A stretch of DNA of 64,000 bases from Clostridiales bacterium (GTDB lineage Bacteria > Bacillota > Clostridia > Acetivibrionales > RGIG10202): NCBI GenBank assembly GCA_017961515.1, contig JAGCXC010000092.1, positions 15,626 to 79,625 on the forward strand, written 5' to 3'. Shown here piece after piece: positions 32,927 through 42,913 of the stretch. Every line of letters begins with the position of its first letter. Position 1 is the first letter of the stretch. The notes beneath the pieces are model-generated. The model ran no database searches and was not told the origin of the DNA. It saw only the letters and a list, made by a program, of their open reading frames with translations. A program made the position numbers and the translations under genes.

Positions 32927-33157
32927 TTACTCCCCTTTTACTTCAAACGGTTCCTCTGTTATATCGCCATTATCACCCTCTATTAGCAATGTCACCTCTT
33001 TCTCAACTTCATCTAATTTTTGAGTGCACAATCTGGACAACTCTATACCTTGCTTAAACATTTTTATAGACTCATCTATCGTTAAATCTCCTTTTTCTAG
33101 CTCATTCACAACCATTTGTAACTTTTCCATAGATTTTTCAAAATCAAACTTCCCCAT
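32927..33157 (-). CDS. xseB: exodeoxyribonuclease VII small subunit
   Basis: 76 aa. FEKSMEKLQMVVNELEKGDLTIDESIKMFKQGIEL. Overlaps the xseA 3' end. Confidence 0.9.
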   Translation of the reverse strand: MGKFDFEKSMEKLQMVVNELEKGDLTIDESIKMFKQGIELSRLCTQKLDEVEKEVTLLIEGDNGDITEEPFEVKGE

Positions 33158-34385
33158 TGCTATCCATCCCTTCTTTCGTTACCTTATCTACAACACACGA
33201 AACTTCTCCATCTTTTAGCTTCAGTAAAATGTCCTTTCCAACTTCAACATCCCTAACACTAGACACTATATTTTTACTAGCTTTATCAATAATAACTCCA
33301 TACCCTCTTTCCAATACTTTAAGCGGGCTTAACGCATCAAGGCTACATATAATCGTACGCAACTCATTTTTTTTGCCAGCAACACACGCATCTATCGCCC
33401 TCTTCATGTACTTGTTAAATACATCAAGCCTAAGCCTATCCTGATATATTCTTTCAAATGGTTTCTTTAATACCGATCTACTCTTTAACATGTCAAGCTT
33501 ATCTCTCTTCCTTGACACTTCATTTAAAAGAGCATTTCTAATACGTGTACCCAATTCATTTATTTTATCCAAAAGTTGCAACTTTTCTGGCATAACAATC
33601 TCCGCTGCAGCAGATGGAGTTGGTGCTCTTTTATCTGCAACAAAATCTGCTATAGTATAGTCTGTCTCATGCCCTATCGCTGATATTATAGGAATATTTG
33701 ACTTGTAGATACTATCCGCCACAATTTCTTCATTAAACGGCCATAATTCCTCAATTGATCCTCCACCTCTTGCTAATATAATAACATCCCCAAGTTTTTT
33801 TTCATTCGCAAAATCTATAGCCTTTGCTATCAATGGAGCTGCAGCAGGACCCTGCACCGGTATAGGCAATAGCTTTAGTCTAAAATTACTATATCTTCTA
33901 CCCAGCACATTTAGTATATCACGTATTACTGCACCCGTCTTAGATGTTAACACAACTATGCTTTGTGGCAAATACGGAATGTCCTTTTTGATGGATTTAT
34001 CGAAGTACCCCTTATCTTTTAATTTATTTTTAAGCTTCTCTAATTCCAGGTGAAGATTACCCTTGCCATACTTTAGTATATCTTTTACATAACACTGATA
34101 CTGACCATCTCTCTCAAATACAGATACAGTGGCCCTTATCATAACTTTTTCTCCATCCTCGGGAACAAAGTCTAATCTGACGTTCTGTCCTTTAAACATA
34201 ACACATTTTATACGGCTTTTCTCATCTTTCAAAGTAAAATACATATGCCCTGTATAATGGTGCTTAAAGTTTGATATCTCACCTTGTATCCATATATCCT
34301 CTAACGTCATATCACTATCTATTAGTAACTTTATATAATTGTTTACTGCACTTACTGATACTATATCCTGATTCGTAATACTCAC
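33144..34385 (-). CDS. xseA: exodeoxyribonuclease VII large subunit
   Basis: 413 aa. An N-terminal OB fold (IWIQGEISNFKHHYTGHMYFTLKD) and ARGGGSIEELWPFN, ISAIGHETDYTIADFVAD. Confidence 0.93.
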   Translation of the reverse strand: MSITNQDIVSVSAVNNYIKLLIDSDMTLEDIWIQGEISNFKHHYTGHMYFTLKDEKSRIKCVMFKGQNVRLDFVPEDGEKVMIRATVSVFERDGQYQCYVKDILKYGKGNLHLELEKLKNKLKDKGYFDKSIKKDIPYLPQSIVVLTSKTGAVIRDILNVLGRRYSNFRLKLLPIPVQGPAAAPLIAKAIDFANEKKLGDVIILARGGGSIEELWPFNEEIVADSIYKSNIPIISAIGHETDYTIADFVADKRAPTPSAAAEIVMPEKLQLLDKINELGTRIRNALLNEVSRKRDKLDMLKSRSVLKKPFERIYQDRLRLDVFNKYMKRAIDACVAGKKNELRTIICSLDALSPLKVLERGYGVIIDKASKNIVSSVRDVEVGKDILLKLKDGEVSCVVDKVTKEGMDSNGEV

Positions 34386-34415
34386 CCGCCAATAACTTTT
34401 GAATACATTTCCCTA

Positions 34416-34826
34416 CTAACCTACGTAGTTATCTTCATCAACATACGTGCCAAGAAGCCCGTTTATAAAAGATGTTTTATCTGGTCCAACATATTTTTTT
34501 GTAAGCTCAATCGCTTCATTAAATGTAACCTTAACCGGTATATCCTCTCTGTACTTTATCTCATATATGGCAAGCCGAAGTACTGCAAGCTCTAGTTTTG
34601 ATATTCTATCTATCATCCATCCCTTTAATGCTTTCTCTATCATACCATCAATTTCTTGTTCATGCTCATATACCCCGTCTACTACATCCAATATATAATT
34701 CTTGTCGTTACTACTAAAACTCCCATCTTCTAATACCAAATCAATCTGTTCTTGCCTGTTGCCCTTCTGCAATTCCAATTGGTACAAGAGCTTCATAACA
34801 ACTTCCCTTGATGCTCTCCTGCCCAT
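34416..34826 (-). CDS. nusB: transcription antitermination factor NusB
   Basis: 136 aa. RRASREVVMKLLYQ... and AVLRLAIYEIKY. Confidence 0.92.
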   Translation of the reverse strand: MGRRASREVVMKLLYQLELQKGNRQEQIDLVLEDGSFSSNDKNYILDVVDGVYEHEQEIDGMIEKALKGWMIDRISKLELAVLRLAIYEIKYREDIPVKVTFNEAIELTKKYVGPDKTSFINGLLGTYVDEDNYVG

Positions 34827-34854
34827 AAAACAATCCTCCTAAATATATTTTTTC

Positions 34855-35085
34855 TTATCTGTATGTTCCTGGTGGTAAAACTTTGTCCAAAAACTTTTTT
34901 ACATATTCCTTATCGCGAGACAATCTCTGTCCCATATAATATCCAATTACAACAAAAACTACAATAAACAACGTTTTAAATAATCCAATTGTTATTATAA
35001 GCACCGACATTATAAGCCCCAGTAACGCTCCAAACACAGATCCTATATTGTCTTTGCAAAACTCTACAACGATATCTTTTATCAT
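34855..35085 (-). CDS. small integral membrane protein (DUF2273-like)
   Basis: 76 aa with two TM helices. The position after asp23/amaP is the usual clostridial arrangement. Confidence 0.65.
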   Translation of the reverse strand: MIKDIVVEFCKDNIGSVFGALLGLIMSVLIITIGLFKTLFIVVFVVIGYYMGQRLSRDKEYVKKFLDKVLPPGTYR

Positions 35086-35100
35086 GTCTGCCTCCCCTTT

Positions 35101-35658
35101 TTACTCTACTCGAGCTTTAGATGCATTACTTATATTATCAACTATAACATGTATTCGATCTACCTCTATATCTGTATTGCTCTCAATTGCGCTCTTCGCT
35201 TTATTTTGAACTTCTTCTACTAAAACCGGAATATTTACATCCATCATTATAATAATTTTTATAACAATAAATACTTTGCCTTCTCTATTTTCAACGTAAA
35301 CCTTCGACTCTCTTACAACTTGCACCTTTCTTAACATACCAGAAACAATATTTTCGATTGTATCTAACGAAATCCTCACCTGGCCTAACGGTGTTTCCCT
35401 AACTATTGCACTCTTTCTCTTACTATTTTTCAACCCTGACAATAAAAATACTACGCTTGTGCAAAAGAAAAATAACTCAATAACGAAAAATAATACTTTA
35501 TATCTGCCACCACATACTACATCCTTTGCCAAAAAACAAACTATCTTATCAAACACAACTGGCCTTAGCGTAGCCACCATAGCTATCACTGACCAAACTG
35601 TGACAAAAAACGCATACACCGTTAATATAAATCTACTTAAAATATCCATAATCCGCAT
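35101..35658 (-). CDS. amaP: alkaline-shock response membrane anchor protein (AmaP-like)
   Basis: 185 aa with two N-terminal TM helices. It lies directly downstream of asp23. Confidence 0.6.
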   Translation of the reverse strand: MRIMDILSRFILTVYAFFVTVWSVIAMVATLRPVVFDKIVCFLAKDVVCGGRYKVLFFVIELFFFCTSVVFLLSGLKNSKRKSAIVRETPLGQVRISLDTIENIVSGMLRKVQVVRESKVYVENREGKVFIVIKIIIMMDVNIPVLVEEVQNKAKSAIESNTDIEVDRIHVIVDNISNASKARVE

Positions 35659-35725
35659 CTCCTATATTCTCTTTTGTTTTATAAACCAATTTTCAAATAA
35701 CCTATCGACGCTCTTTTGCACTTTA

Positions 35726-36097
35726 TTAAACTTTCTCAAAATTTATGCCCTGTATATGAATATTCACCTCAACAACGTTAAGACCTGTCATTGCCTCAAC
35801 TCGTTGCTTCACCTTCTCCTGCACATTCCAAGAAACCTCGGGAATTCTACTTCCGTACTCAATAATCACGTAAACATCTATCGCCGCCTCTTTTTCTCCA
35901 ACCTCTACCTTAACTCCTTTTGATAGATTCTTTCTACCAAGTATTTCAGCTATACCTCCTGCTATTCCACCACTCATACCTGCAACACCCTCTACTTCCA
36001 TGGCTGCAACGCTCGCTATTATTGCTACAACTTCTTCTGATATTCTTATATCTCCCATTTCCGTAGCGTTTGTTATCTCTACCAAAGAATTTTCCAC
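35726..36097 (-). CDS. asp23: Asp23/Gls24-family envelope stress protein
   Basis: 123 aa, GTG start. IRISEEVVAIIASVAAMEVEGVAGM and VNIHIQGI. Confidence 0.88.
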   Translation of the reverse strand: MENSLVEITNATEMGDIRISEEVVAIIASVAAMEVEGVAGMSGGIAGGIAEILGRKNLSKGVKVEVGEKEAAIDVYVIIEYGSRIPEVSWNVQEKVKQRVEAMTGLNVVEVNIHIQGINFEKV

Positions 36098-36156
36098 TTA
36101 ATCTACCTCCTCTTGTATTAACAAGAATCATCTTTTTTTCGAAAAGCTTACTATCC

Positions 36157-36184
36157 ATTATATCAAAATTGTACAATAATGCAA
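36157..36184 (-). promoter_or_regulatory. sigma-A promoter for the asp23-amaP-nusB-xse-ispA-rib transcription unit
   Basis: Minus strand TTGCAT (36184-36179), 16-nt spacer, TATAAT (36162-36157). Located just after the spoIIIAH stop. Confidence 0.65.
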
Positions 36185-36188
36185 CTAT

Positions 36189-36701
36189 TTAATTTTTGTT
36201 TTTTACACATATATTGTCTATGCTTACATTTGCGTACTCTTTTCCTATTGTTGCTATTTTTGTTGCAAGGTTCGATGTAAGCTTTGGAGACTTAACTATT
36301 ATGTCTAATGTATCATCCTTTAATATTGCCAAAACATTTTTTATTCCTATTTCCTCCACCATCATTTCCACTTTAGTTTCTTTTTCTTTGTTAGAAATTA
36401 ATTTCATCATTTCTTTATATGCATTATCCCTTATCTCTTCTGATGCATTTTGATCCTTACTTATATCCTCTAATGCCTCCTTGTTTCTATCCACCGAAAT
36501 ATCTCTTTCTAATTTTGCTCTAGCGAAAAAATCTTTTTTAGACTGTACTGAATTTGCACTAACGTACACCTTTTGTCCTGTTGTATCCTTTGTTGTCTCA
36601 ATATCTTCTCTTGATCTATTTTCATACTGTAAGTACCCTGCAACAACTATCATAGCAATTAAACTTAGTGAAATAATTTGTCTTTTTTTTAAAAGTATCA
36701 T
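36189..36701 (-). CDS. spoIIIAH: stage III sporulation protein AH
   Basis: 170 aa. N-terminal TM and a YscJ/FliF-like C-terminal region. It is the last gene of an eight-gene spoIIIA cluster. Confidence 0.8.
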   Translation of the reverse strand: MILLKKRQIISLSLIAMIVVAGYLQYENRSREDIETTKDTTGQKVYVSANSVQSKKDFFARAKLERDISVDRNKEALEDISKDQNASEEIRDNAYKEMMKLISNKEKETKVEMMVEEIGIKNVLAILKDDTLDIIVKSPKLTSNLATKIATIGKEYANVSIDNICVKNKN

Positions 36702-36720
36702 TTTTATTACCCCTTGTTCA

Positions 36721-37278
36721 TTATTTGTCCATTACAAATACAGAAATTTTATGTACTGGTATATCTGTTAATACTTTCGCTGCCATCTGTAAATTCCTTC
36801 TAACATCATCGTCATGCGCCCCCTCTGCCACAACCACAACTCCCTTTATCTCTGGTTCTATCTCTTTTCTAATAACTGCTTTTCTCCCCCCTCCATTTTC
36901 TTCAAACGTTATTGTATCTGATATTTCTCTTTGCTGTATTAACTTACTACCTCCTCCGCCATCATTTTCTTTTGTGTCATTTATAATTTCCTTTTTCTCA
37001 AACTCACGTATTACTTCTTTACTCGTTTTATATGTAATCATCACTCGTACTTTACCCGCACCTTCTATTTTCCCTAGTAACTCCTCCATTTCTTTTTCTA
37101 TACTATGACTTTGTAATGATGCTAAAATTTCTACTTCTTTTGGGTCTTCTTTCACATTGTTATCTGTACTAAAATCGCCTACTATCATCAATAAAATTCC
37201 TACTACAAGCACTATCAAAATTCTTTTTATAAAACTTTTCTTTGATATCTTATCCCTTATTTTTGTAAAATCCACCAT
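36721..37278 (-). CDS. spoIIIAG: stage III sporulation protein AG
   Basis: 185 aa. N-terminal TM and C-terminal IKGVVVVAEGAHDDDVRRNL. Consistent with operon position. Confidence 0.8.
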   Translation of the reverse strand: MVDFTKIRDKISKKSFIKRILIVLVVGILLMIVGDFSTDNNVKEDPKEVEILASLQSHSIEKEMEELLGKIEGAGKVRVMITYKTSKEVIREFEKKEIINDTKENDGGGGSKLIQQREISDTITFEENGGGRKAVIRKEIEPEIKGVVVVAEGAHDDDVRRNLQMAAKVLTDIPVHKISVFVMDK

Positions 37279-37300
37279 TACGGCTGTCCCTCATCTCTTG

Positions 37301-37828
37301 TCAGTCTTCTACCACTACGACTCTTATCTTTTTATCTCCAATATTTAAACCCTTTGATAATTTACTCACCACCTCATTCTCTAAATTATCCTTTTTACTA
37401 TGCCCCGTGCCTACAACTAAACTAAGTTTCTCAATTTCTCCAAAATCTTTACTTTCGTTGTCCTTATTTATATGTATATTTATCTTACGTACTTTTATGT
37501 CTATTTCTTTTAGCATCTCTAAAATTTTTCCCCTAACCTCTCTGTCGTACACATTTATTAATGTATCGCTATGACGAAGCATATCTTTTTTAGCAATCAA
37601 ATCCCTTCTGTCTAAAAATGACATATCGCTAAAATTAACCACACTTGGTGATACTCCTTTTGTTATCACTGTGACAATTGGGTTTAGCATAACACCAATA
37701 ATTACAAAACCCGCACACAAATTAAAATATTTCTTATATGTGTTTGCAGGTACAAGTAACTCCAAAAGTAATATAAACACACATGTATGTATCATTTTGT
37801 TTATGTACTCTCTAAAAATCACCAACAC
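37301..37828 (-). CDS. spoIIIAF: stage III sporulation protein AF
   Basis: 175 aa with two N-terminal TM helices. Consistent with operon position. Confidence 0.75.
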   Translation of the reverse strand: MLVIFREYINKMIHTCVFILLLELLVPANTYKKYFNLCAGFVIIGVMLNPIVTVITKGVSPSVVNFSDMSFLDRRDLIAKKDMLRHSDTLINVYDREVRGKILEMLKEIDIKVRKINIHINKDNESKDFGEIEKLSLVVGTGHSKKDNLENEVVSKLSKGLNIGDKKIRVVVVED

Positions 37829-37836
37829 GCTCCCTT

Positions 37837-38961
37837 CTACTTAATCAATACAGTTATAGACAGTATTATTATCACACTTGATAAAAATACCACTCCAATC
37901 ATGCTACTTATGGAAGATGTAACTTCACCAATTAATTGGGTAAATTTTTTATCCACAACAGGCTCAAGTGTCGCCTCCATTATTTTTAGGACAAATACCA
38001 CTGCAACTAATTTTAAAATAGGCATAACACACACTAAAACTATGCCTATCACACTTGCTATTCCAATCACACTTCTTATCAACATAAGTGATCCTACCAC
38101 ACTATCTGCTATATCCGATAAATATTTCCCAACAACGGGTATACATGCACCAAACATATATTTGGCGGTTTTTCCCGTTATTCCATCTATCAAATTTGCT
38201 GTTGATCCCTTTATTGTTACAACTCCTATAAACACTGTCAAAACAAATCCACCAACAAAATATGCTACACTTTTTATTAACTTGCTCATCTTAGATAACT
38301 CCACACGAGACGTAACACTATTTAAGACTTCAAGTACTGTTGATAAATATATTAGAGGAAGACTAACCTTTTTTATGACATACACTATTATAGATATGCC
38401 ATACAACACAAATGGCTTTACTGCACTTACCCTAACTATATCTCCACATGACACCATAAGACTTGTGGAAATTGGAACTACTACATGTGAAAATATATTA
38501 ACGTCATCTACAACATTTTGGGTTATAAGGACACAATTATTAAAACATTTAAGTAGAATAGTTATAGCAACCATATTGCACGCGTAAAATGAGACTCTGC
38601 CCAAATCATCTTTACAAAAAGAACTTTTAACATTTTGTAAAATCGCAGATAATATTGCAACTAAACTTAACTTGATTAATATTTTTACATTGTTCCTTAC
38701 TTCATTGAACAAAAGTTTTATTATACTACTTACAAAATTTTTTAGACTAAACTTAAATTGTCCACAAAGAAGTTCTTTTATCATTTCCTTTGGTGTTTTG
38801 TCTAATACATTGTAAAACACATCTTTATTCTTATCTAGAAGATTTTGTATTTCAGTAAGCTCTGGGCTTAAACTATGGTAATCCACTTTTTCACAGTAAC
38901 CAATATCGTTTTTTGCAATAATAACAAATATTATCACTACCACGTACATATATTTTCTCAT
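37837..38961 (-). CDS. spoIIIAE: stage III sporulation protein AE
   Basis: 374 aa. A signal-like N-terminus followed by a polytopic membrane domain. Overlaps the spoIIIAD stop by 4 nt. Confidence 0.85.
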   Translation of the reverse strand: MRKYMYVVVIIFVIIAKNDIGYCEKVDYHSLSPELTEIQNLLDKNKDVFYNVLDKTPKEMIKELLCGQFKFSLKNFVSSIIKLLFNEVRNNVKILIKLSLVAILSAILQNVKSSFCKDDLGRVSFYACNMVAITILLKCFNNCVLITQNVVDDVNIFSHVVVPISTSLMVSCGDIVRVSAVKPFVLYGISIIVYVIKKVSLPLIYLSTVLEVLNSVTSRVELSKMSKLIKSVAYFVGGFVLTVFIGVVTIKGSTANLIDGITGKTAKYMFGACIPVVGKYLSDIADSVVGSLMLIRSVIGIASVIGIVLVCVMPILKLVAVVFVLKIMEATLEPVVDKKFTQLIGEVTSSISSMIGVVFLSSVIIILSITVLIK

Positions 38962-39356
38962 ATTTTTCTACCTAGGCTTAATATTAATTCTATCAGCGAT
39001 GTGATTATAGGAATCGATAATGTCACTATTATCACTTTCCCGGATAATTCTATTTTACTTGCAATCGCACCAGCTCCAGCATCTTTACAAATATGGGAAC
39101 CAAATTCTGCTATGTACGATATGGCAATTATTTTAAGCAGTATACTAAAATAAAATGTGTTTATGCCTGCTACCCCCACATACTTCTCCACAATTTTTAT
39201 AACTCCCTCAACTTTTAATATCACAATAAAAAAAATTATAAGCCCTGTAATTATAGTAAGATTTATTGCCATATCCGGCCTTTGCGATTTTATCATCAAA
39301 ATAAGTATTGTCGAAATCACTCCAAGCCCTACTATCTGCAAAATTCCCATGCCCAT
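38958..39356 (-). CDS. spoIIIAD: stage III sporulation protein AD
   Basis: 132 aa with 4 TM helices. Consistent with operon position. Confidence 0.8.
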   Translation of the reverse strand: MGMGILQIVGLGVISTILILMIKSQRPDMAINLTIITGLIIFFIVILKVEGVIKIVEKYVGVAGINTFYFSILLKIIAISYIAEFGSHICKDAGAGAIASKIELSGKVIIVTLSIPIITSLIELILSLGRKI

Positions 39357-39368
39357 TTATCCTTTCTC

Positions 39369-39569
39369 CTAAAATTGGAATATCGTTTTTACAACACTAA
39401 AAAGCTTTGCTATTTGACCCACAACCATCATCAGCACAACTACTAATCCTACTATTGTTGTCATCATTGCTTGTTCTTCTCTCCCAGATTTGGTTAGTAA
39501 TATGTTTAATATGGAAACAAGTATACCTATTGTGGCTATTTTGAAAATTATATTTATATCCATAGTCAT
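39369..39569 (-). CDS. spoIIIAC: stage III sporulation protein AC
   Basis: 66 aa with 2 TM helices. Consistent with operon position. Confidence 0.8.
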   Translation of the reverse strand: MTMDINIIFKIATIGILVSILNILLTKSGREEQAMMTTIVGLVVVLMMVVGQIAKLFSVVKTIFQF

Positions 39570-39573
39570 CCTT

Positions 39574-40095
39574 TCATAATAATATTATAATTATTGTCAT
39601 ACCAATCAATATACTTAAATTCTTAAACAAAAGCTCATTTTTCTTTCTTTGATCTTCTGCTTTTCTCTCCTGATTTTTAAGCCTTCCAACAATATTTTTT
39701 ATATTGCAAACCTCGCCATCAACATCAGATGTCCCAAGTAAATTAGCTAACGATAAAAGTATCTTTATATCTTCATCCCAAAGATATGTATTTTTATAAT
39801 TCTTATCCAAAGCAATCGTCCATGCTTTTCTACTAGGATGAATTTTTAATTCTAAAGACATCGCTTTTAAAATACTTGACACTCTATCACTAGCACTAGC
39901 TGCAATTTTTAAAAATGCATCACCTAACACATTTGAATAAAATGCTATTTCATTTGAAAGTTCCTCTAATGCCTGCTCAAAACCGCGTATATCCTCTACC
40001 CTATTTTTTAATGTAGATGACCACCAAATACCAATAGCGTAACTTGACACCCCAATTAACGCGCTTCCCATAATCTTACACAACATTTTTTTCAT
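39574..40095 (-). CDS. spoIIIAB: stage III sporulation protein AB
   Basis: 173 aa with TM helices at both ends. Overlaps the spoIIIAA 3' end. Confidence 0.8.
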   Translation of the reverse strand: MKKMLCKIMGSALIGVSSYAIGIWWSSTLKNRVEDIRGFEQALEELSNEIAFYSNVLGDAFLKIAASASDRVSSILKAMSLELKIHPSRKAWTIALDKNYKNTYLWDEDIKILLSLANLLGTSDVDGEVCNIKNIVGRLKNQERKAEDQRKKNELLFKNLSILIGMTIIIILL

Positions 40096-41047
40096 CCTCT
40101 ATTCGCATTATATTATTGTAATTCTCATCCAAAATTTCTTTTACCTCACCAACTTTTTTGTCTTTGCCTAAAATAATAAAACGTTCAAATATTTTGTGTG
40201 ATAACCCTCTTTTTTGCGCATCTAAAATATCAAACCCATGCATAGTAGATATTATTCTTACACCGCAGTTTATAATTTTTAATAGAGCTTTAAAATCCTG
40301 TTCACTCCCAATTTCATCTGTAGCTATGACATCGGGAGACATGGTACGTAATGCAAGCATCATTCCATCATATTTGGGGCAAGCATCTAACACATCACTT
40401 CGTAATCCTATGTCATTTTGTGGAACACCATTGTACACCGCTGCAATTTCTGAACGCTCATCTATAATAGATACCTTCATCCCTCGGATATGTAAACTAG
40501 AACCCCCATCACTTATAATACGTAATATATCACGCAACATGGTCGTCTTGCCATATGATGGCGGTGATATAATAAGTGTATTATATATATCTTTACGGTC
40601 TCGCACAATGTAACTTATCACTTTTTGGCCTATGCCTTTCATTTCCCTTGCTACTCTTATATTTATAGAGGATATATCTTTTATATTTTTTATTGCACCA
40701 TTTTCAATTATCACCTTACCCATTATCCCAATTCTATGCCCACCCTTAACCGTTATAAAACCACTTCGTATGGTATTTAAATATGCATAAATAGAATTAT
40801 CACATATTCTATTTAATGTATCCCAAACATCCGTACGCGTTGCAACTAACGCCTGAGTTTGATTTTGGGTTATTGTTCCACTTTTTGTAATAAAAAAATC
40901 TTGATCACAACAAACCATAACTAGCGGCCTATTTACTCTTAATCTTATCTCACTTATTTGCGAAAGAATATAATCATTTGTTCTACACATCACACTTTCT
41001 AAACTTTTGGACATATATTTTTTTATAATTTCTCTTACAGTATTCAA
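40076..41047 (-). CDS. spoIIIAA: stage III sporulation protein AA (secretion-type ATPase)
   Basis: 323 aa. TTG start with GGAGG 8 nt upstream. Walker A ISPPSYGKTTMLRD and Walker B-like VIATDEIG. Confidence 0.88.
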   Translation of the reverse strand: MNTVREIIKKYMSKSLESVMCRTNDYILSQISEIRLRVNRPLVMVCCDQDFFITKSGTITQNQTQALVATRTDVWDTLNRICDNSIYAYLNTIRSGFITVKGGHRIGIMGKVIIENGAIKNIKDISSINIRVAREMKGIGQKVISYIVRDRKDIYNTLIISPPSYGKTTMLRDILRIISDGGSSLHIRGMKVSIIDERSEIAAVYNGVPQNDIGLRSDVLDACPKYDGMMLALRTMSPDVIATDEIGSEQDFKALLKIINCGVRIISTMHGFDILDAQKRGLSHKIFERFIILGKDKKVGEVKEILDENYNNIMRIEDEKNVV

Positions 41048-41080
41048 TATTCTCTCCTCCTTTTTTTGTGGCTACTCTTA

Positions 41081-41088
41081 ATATTATG
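41081..41088 (-). promoter_or_regulatory. possible sigma-E-type -10 element upstream of spoIIIAA
   Basis: Minus strand CATAATAT about 35 nt upstream of the start. Only a partial match to CATACAHT. Confidence 0.3.
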
Positions 41089-41135
41089 ATGCTTTGTCCA
41101 TTTATAGTACAATGATAAAAAATTAATTTTTCATC

Positions 41136-41163
41136 TTGATTTCTGCTCAATATGTTATATAAT
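41136..41163 (+). promoter_or_regulatory. sigma-A-type promoter for the ltaS-like/murL-like/murD2 operon
   Basis: TTGATT (41136-41141), 16-nt spacer, TATAAT (41158-41163). Confidence 0.55.
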
Positions 41164-41210
41164 TGTGTTTGGGGTTTTTGTTTTTAAAAAAAAAATAATT
41201 TTTATAAGGG

Positions 41211-42872
41211 TTGATTTTTTTGTTTAATTTCAGAAAGTTGAATTGGAGTTTAATTTTATTTCTTTTATTTAATACATTAAAACTTGTTTGTTTTAACGTC
41301 ATTATATCTGATAATATAGGCTTTATGCCAATTTTTATTGGTATGAAATTTATTCTAAATTCAGTTTTGGTATTTTGTCTGTTTGTACCTTTGTTAAAAA
41401 ATAAATTAATAAAAACTTGTTTGTTTGTATATTCGTTACAGTTTGTTTATTTAACCGCACATTTATGTTATTTTAAATATTTTCATAATTACTTACATAT
41501 AATGCAAACCTTCACATTATTTGCTGAAGGTACGAAGGCATTAGCTAATTTGTACTTCTTTTTAGATGGATCATTTTTATTTTTATTTATAGATTTACCA
41601 TTTTTTATTCATTTTATGAGAAATAAATCTAAAGATGTACATTGCCGTTTTCCCACTATAATATCCATGTTTGTGATAGCGGGGTTGTCGGCTTTTTGCT
41701 ATATTAACTTATTTGCACCATACATAAATGATCGCTCTTTATCACCTCTTTTGGTTGCACCTAACGAGACTGATATCGTGCGGAAATATGGTACATTAAC
41801 TAATGATGTGTTTTCTTTTTGCGCAAATAAAAGTGAAGTCGATATACTAAAAAGCTTTTCTTATGGAAAACCCGTTTCTGTATCAGATACACCTAATACG
41901 AAGAATAACATTGTTATTTTGCAGTTGGAATCTATCGATGCAAACGTTGTAAATAAAACTTATAATGGAAAGTATATTGCTCCATATCTACATGAACTAT
42001 CTAAAAAATGTGTTTATTATCCATATATGATGTCTTATCATATGGGAGGAGGAACTTCTGATTCTGAATTTTCTATTTTAAATAGTATTGAGCCTCTACA
42101 ACATTATCCTGCTATGAAACTTAAAAGTTATGACTATCCAAATTCGTTTTTAAAAAGCCTAAATGCAAATGACTATACGTGTCTTGCTTTTCACGGAAAT
42201 GTTGCAAAGTATTTTAATAGATTAAATGCCTTTCCTAAAATGGGCTTTTCAAAATTTTATGATATATTCAAGATGAGATTAAGTAATAAAGGTTGGGGCG
42301 CTTCTGATGGTGATGTATTAGATTTTACTTTCAACAAATTAACTAAAACTAAATCGCCTTTTTTGGCATACATTATAACAATGACCAGTCATGCATCTTT
42401 CACTAATGCTAGTCATTACTACAACAACAACTTATATGATGATATAGAAGACGAAGTTGTCAAAAACTATTTTAATTCTGTATCATACGTTGACATGGTA
42501 CTAAAAGATTTTATTACTTCTGTTAGAGAAACAATGCCTAACACTTATGTATTTGTCTGGGGCGATCATACCCCTGCAATAAATAAACCTTTATACTCAC
42601 AGGCATCTTTGTCGTACGATAAAAAATATTTTGAGTTTGTTCCTTTGTTGATCATAACTCCTGACAATAAAACTTATACTGAACGTTCAAAGGTAGCATC
42701 TTTCTTAGATATTGCTCTAACAGTGCTAAACGCATCTAATTCGGATTTCTCAATTAGCACAAACGGAATAGATTTGTTGGACTTTAGTAATACCGATGCT
42801 CCTGCTATACCTTTTAAAAACAGGTCTTATTCTAGAGAGACATTGTTTAGCGAATTAATCGCCAACAATTAG
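41211..42872 (+). CDS. LTA-synthase-family (sulfatase/phosphoglycerol-transferase-like) polytopic membrane protein
   Basis: 553 aa. About 5 N-terminal TM helices, then an extracytoplasmic sulfatase-like domain (IVILQLESIDANVV, GGGTSDSEFSILNS, WGDHTP). The start is uncertain: TTG 41211 abuts AAGGG, while TTG 41220 has better spacing. Confidence 0.75.
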   Translation: MIFLFNFRKLNWSLILFLLFNTLKLVCFNVIISDNIGFMPIFIGMKFILNSVLVFCLFVPLLKNKLIKTCLFVYSLQFVYLTAHLCYFKYFHNYLHIMQTFTLFAEGTKALANLYFFLDGSFLFLFIDLPFFIHFMRNKSKDVHCRFPTIISMFVIAGLSAFCYINLFAPYINDRSLSPLLVAPNETDIVRKYGTLTNDVFSFCANKSEVDILKSFSYGKPVSVSDTPNTKNNIVILQLESIDANVVNKTYNGKYIAPYLHELSKKCVYYPYMMSYHMGGGTSDSEFSILNSIEPLQHYPAMKLKSYDYPNSFLKSLNANDYTCLAFHGNVAKYFNRLNAFPKMGFSKFYDIFKMRLSNKGWGASDGDVLDFTFNKLTKTKSPFLAYIITMTSHASFTNASHYYNNNLYDDIEDEVVKNYFNSVSYVDMVLKDFITSVRETMPNTYVFVWGDHTPAINKPLYSQASLSYDKKYFEFVPLLIITPDNKTYTERSKVASFLDIALTVLNASNSDFSISTNGIDLLDFSNTDAPAIPFKNRSYSRETLFSELIANN

Positions 42873-42913
42873 GCATATACTTTAGAAACATTTTTTTACG
42901 AAAGGATTTTTTT

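Noticed and set aside
35946-36176. 76-aa minus-strand ORF overlapping the asp23 5' region
   Set aside because: It is out of frame with the well-supported asp23 gene, has an arginine/glycine-rich nonsense composition and no RBS, and spans the mapped promoter-like element.
37787-38587. 266-aa plus-strand ORF, with similar long plus-strand ORFs at 51603..52421, 17742..18401, 15409..16014 and 14614..15150
   Set aside because: All are antisense shadows of well-supported minus-strand genes (spoIIIAE, the Ca2+-ATPase, comEA/pulA, the helicase, nfnA). They have S/F/L/I/T-rich low-complexity products, no RBS and no recognisable motifs, which is typical of AT-rich genomes.
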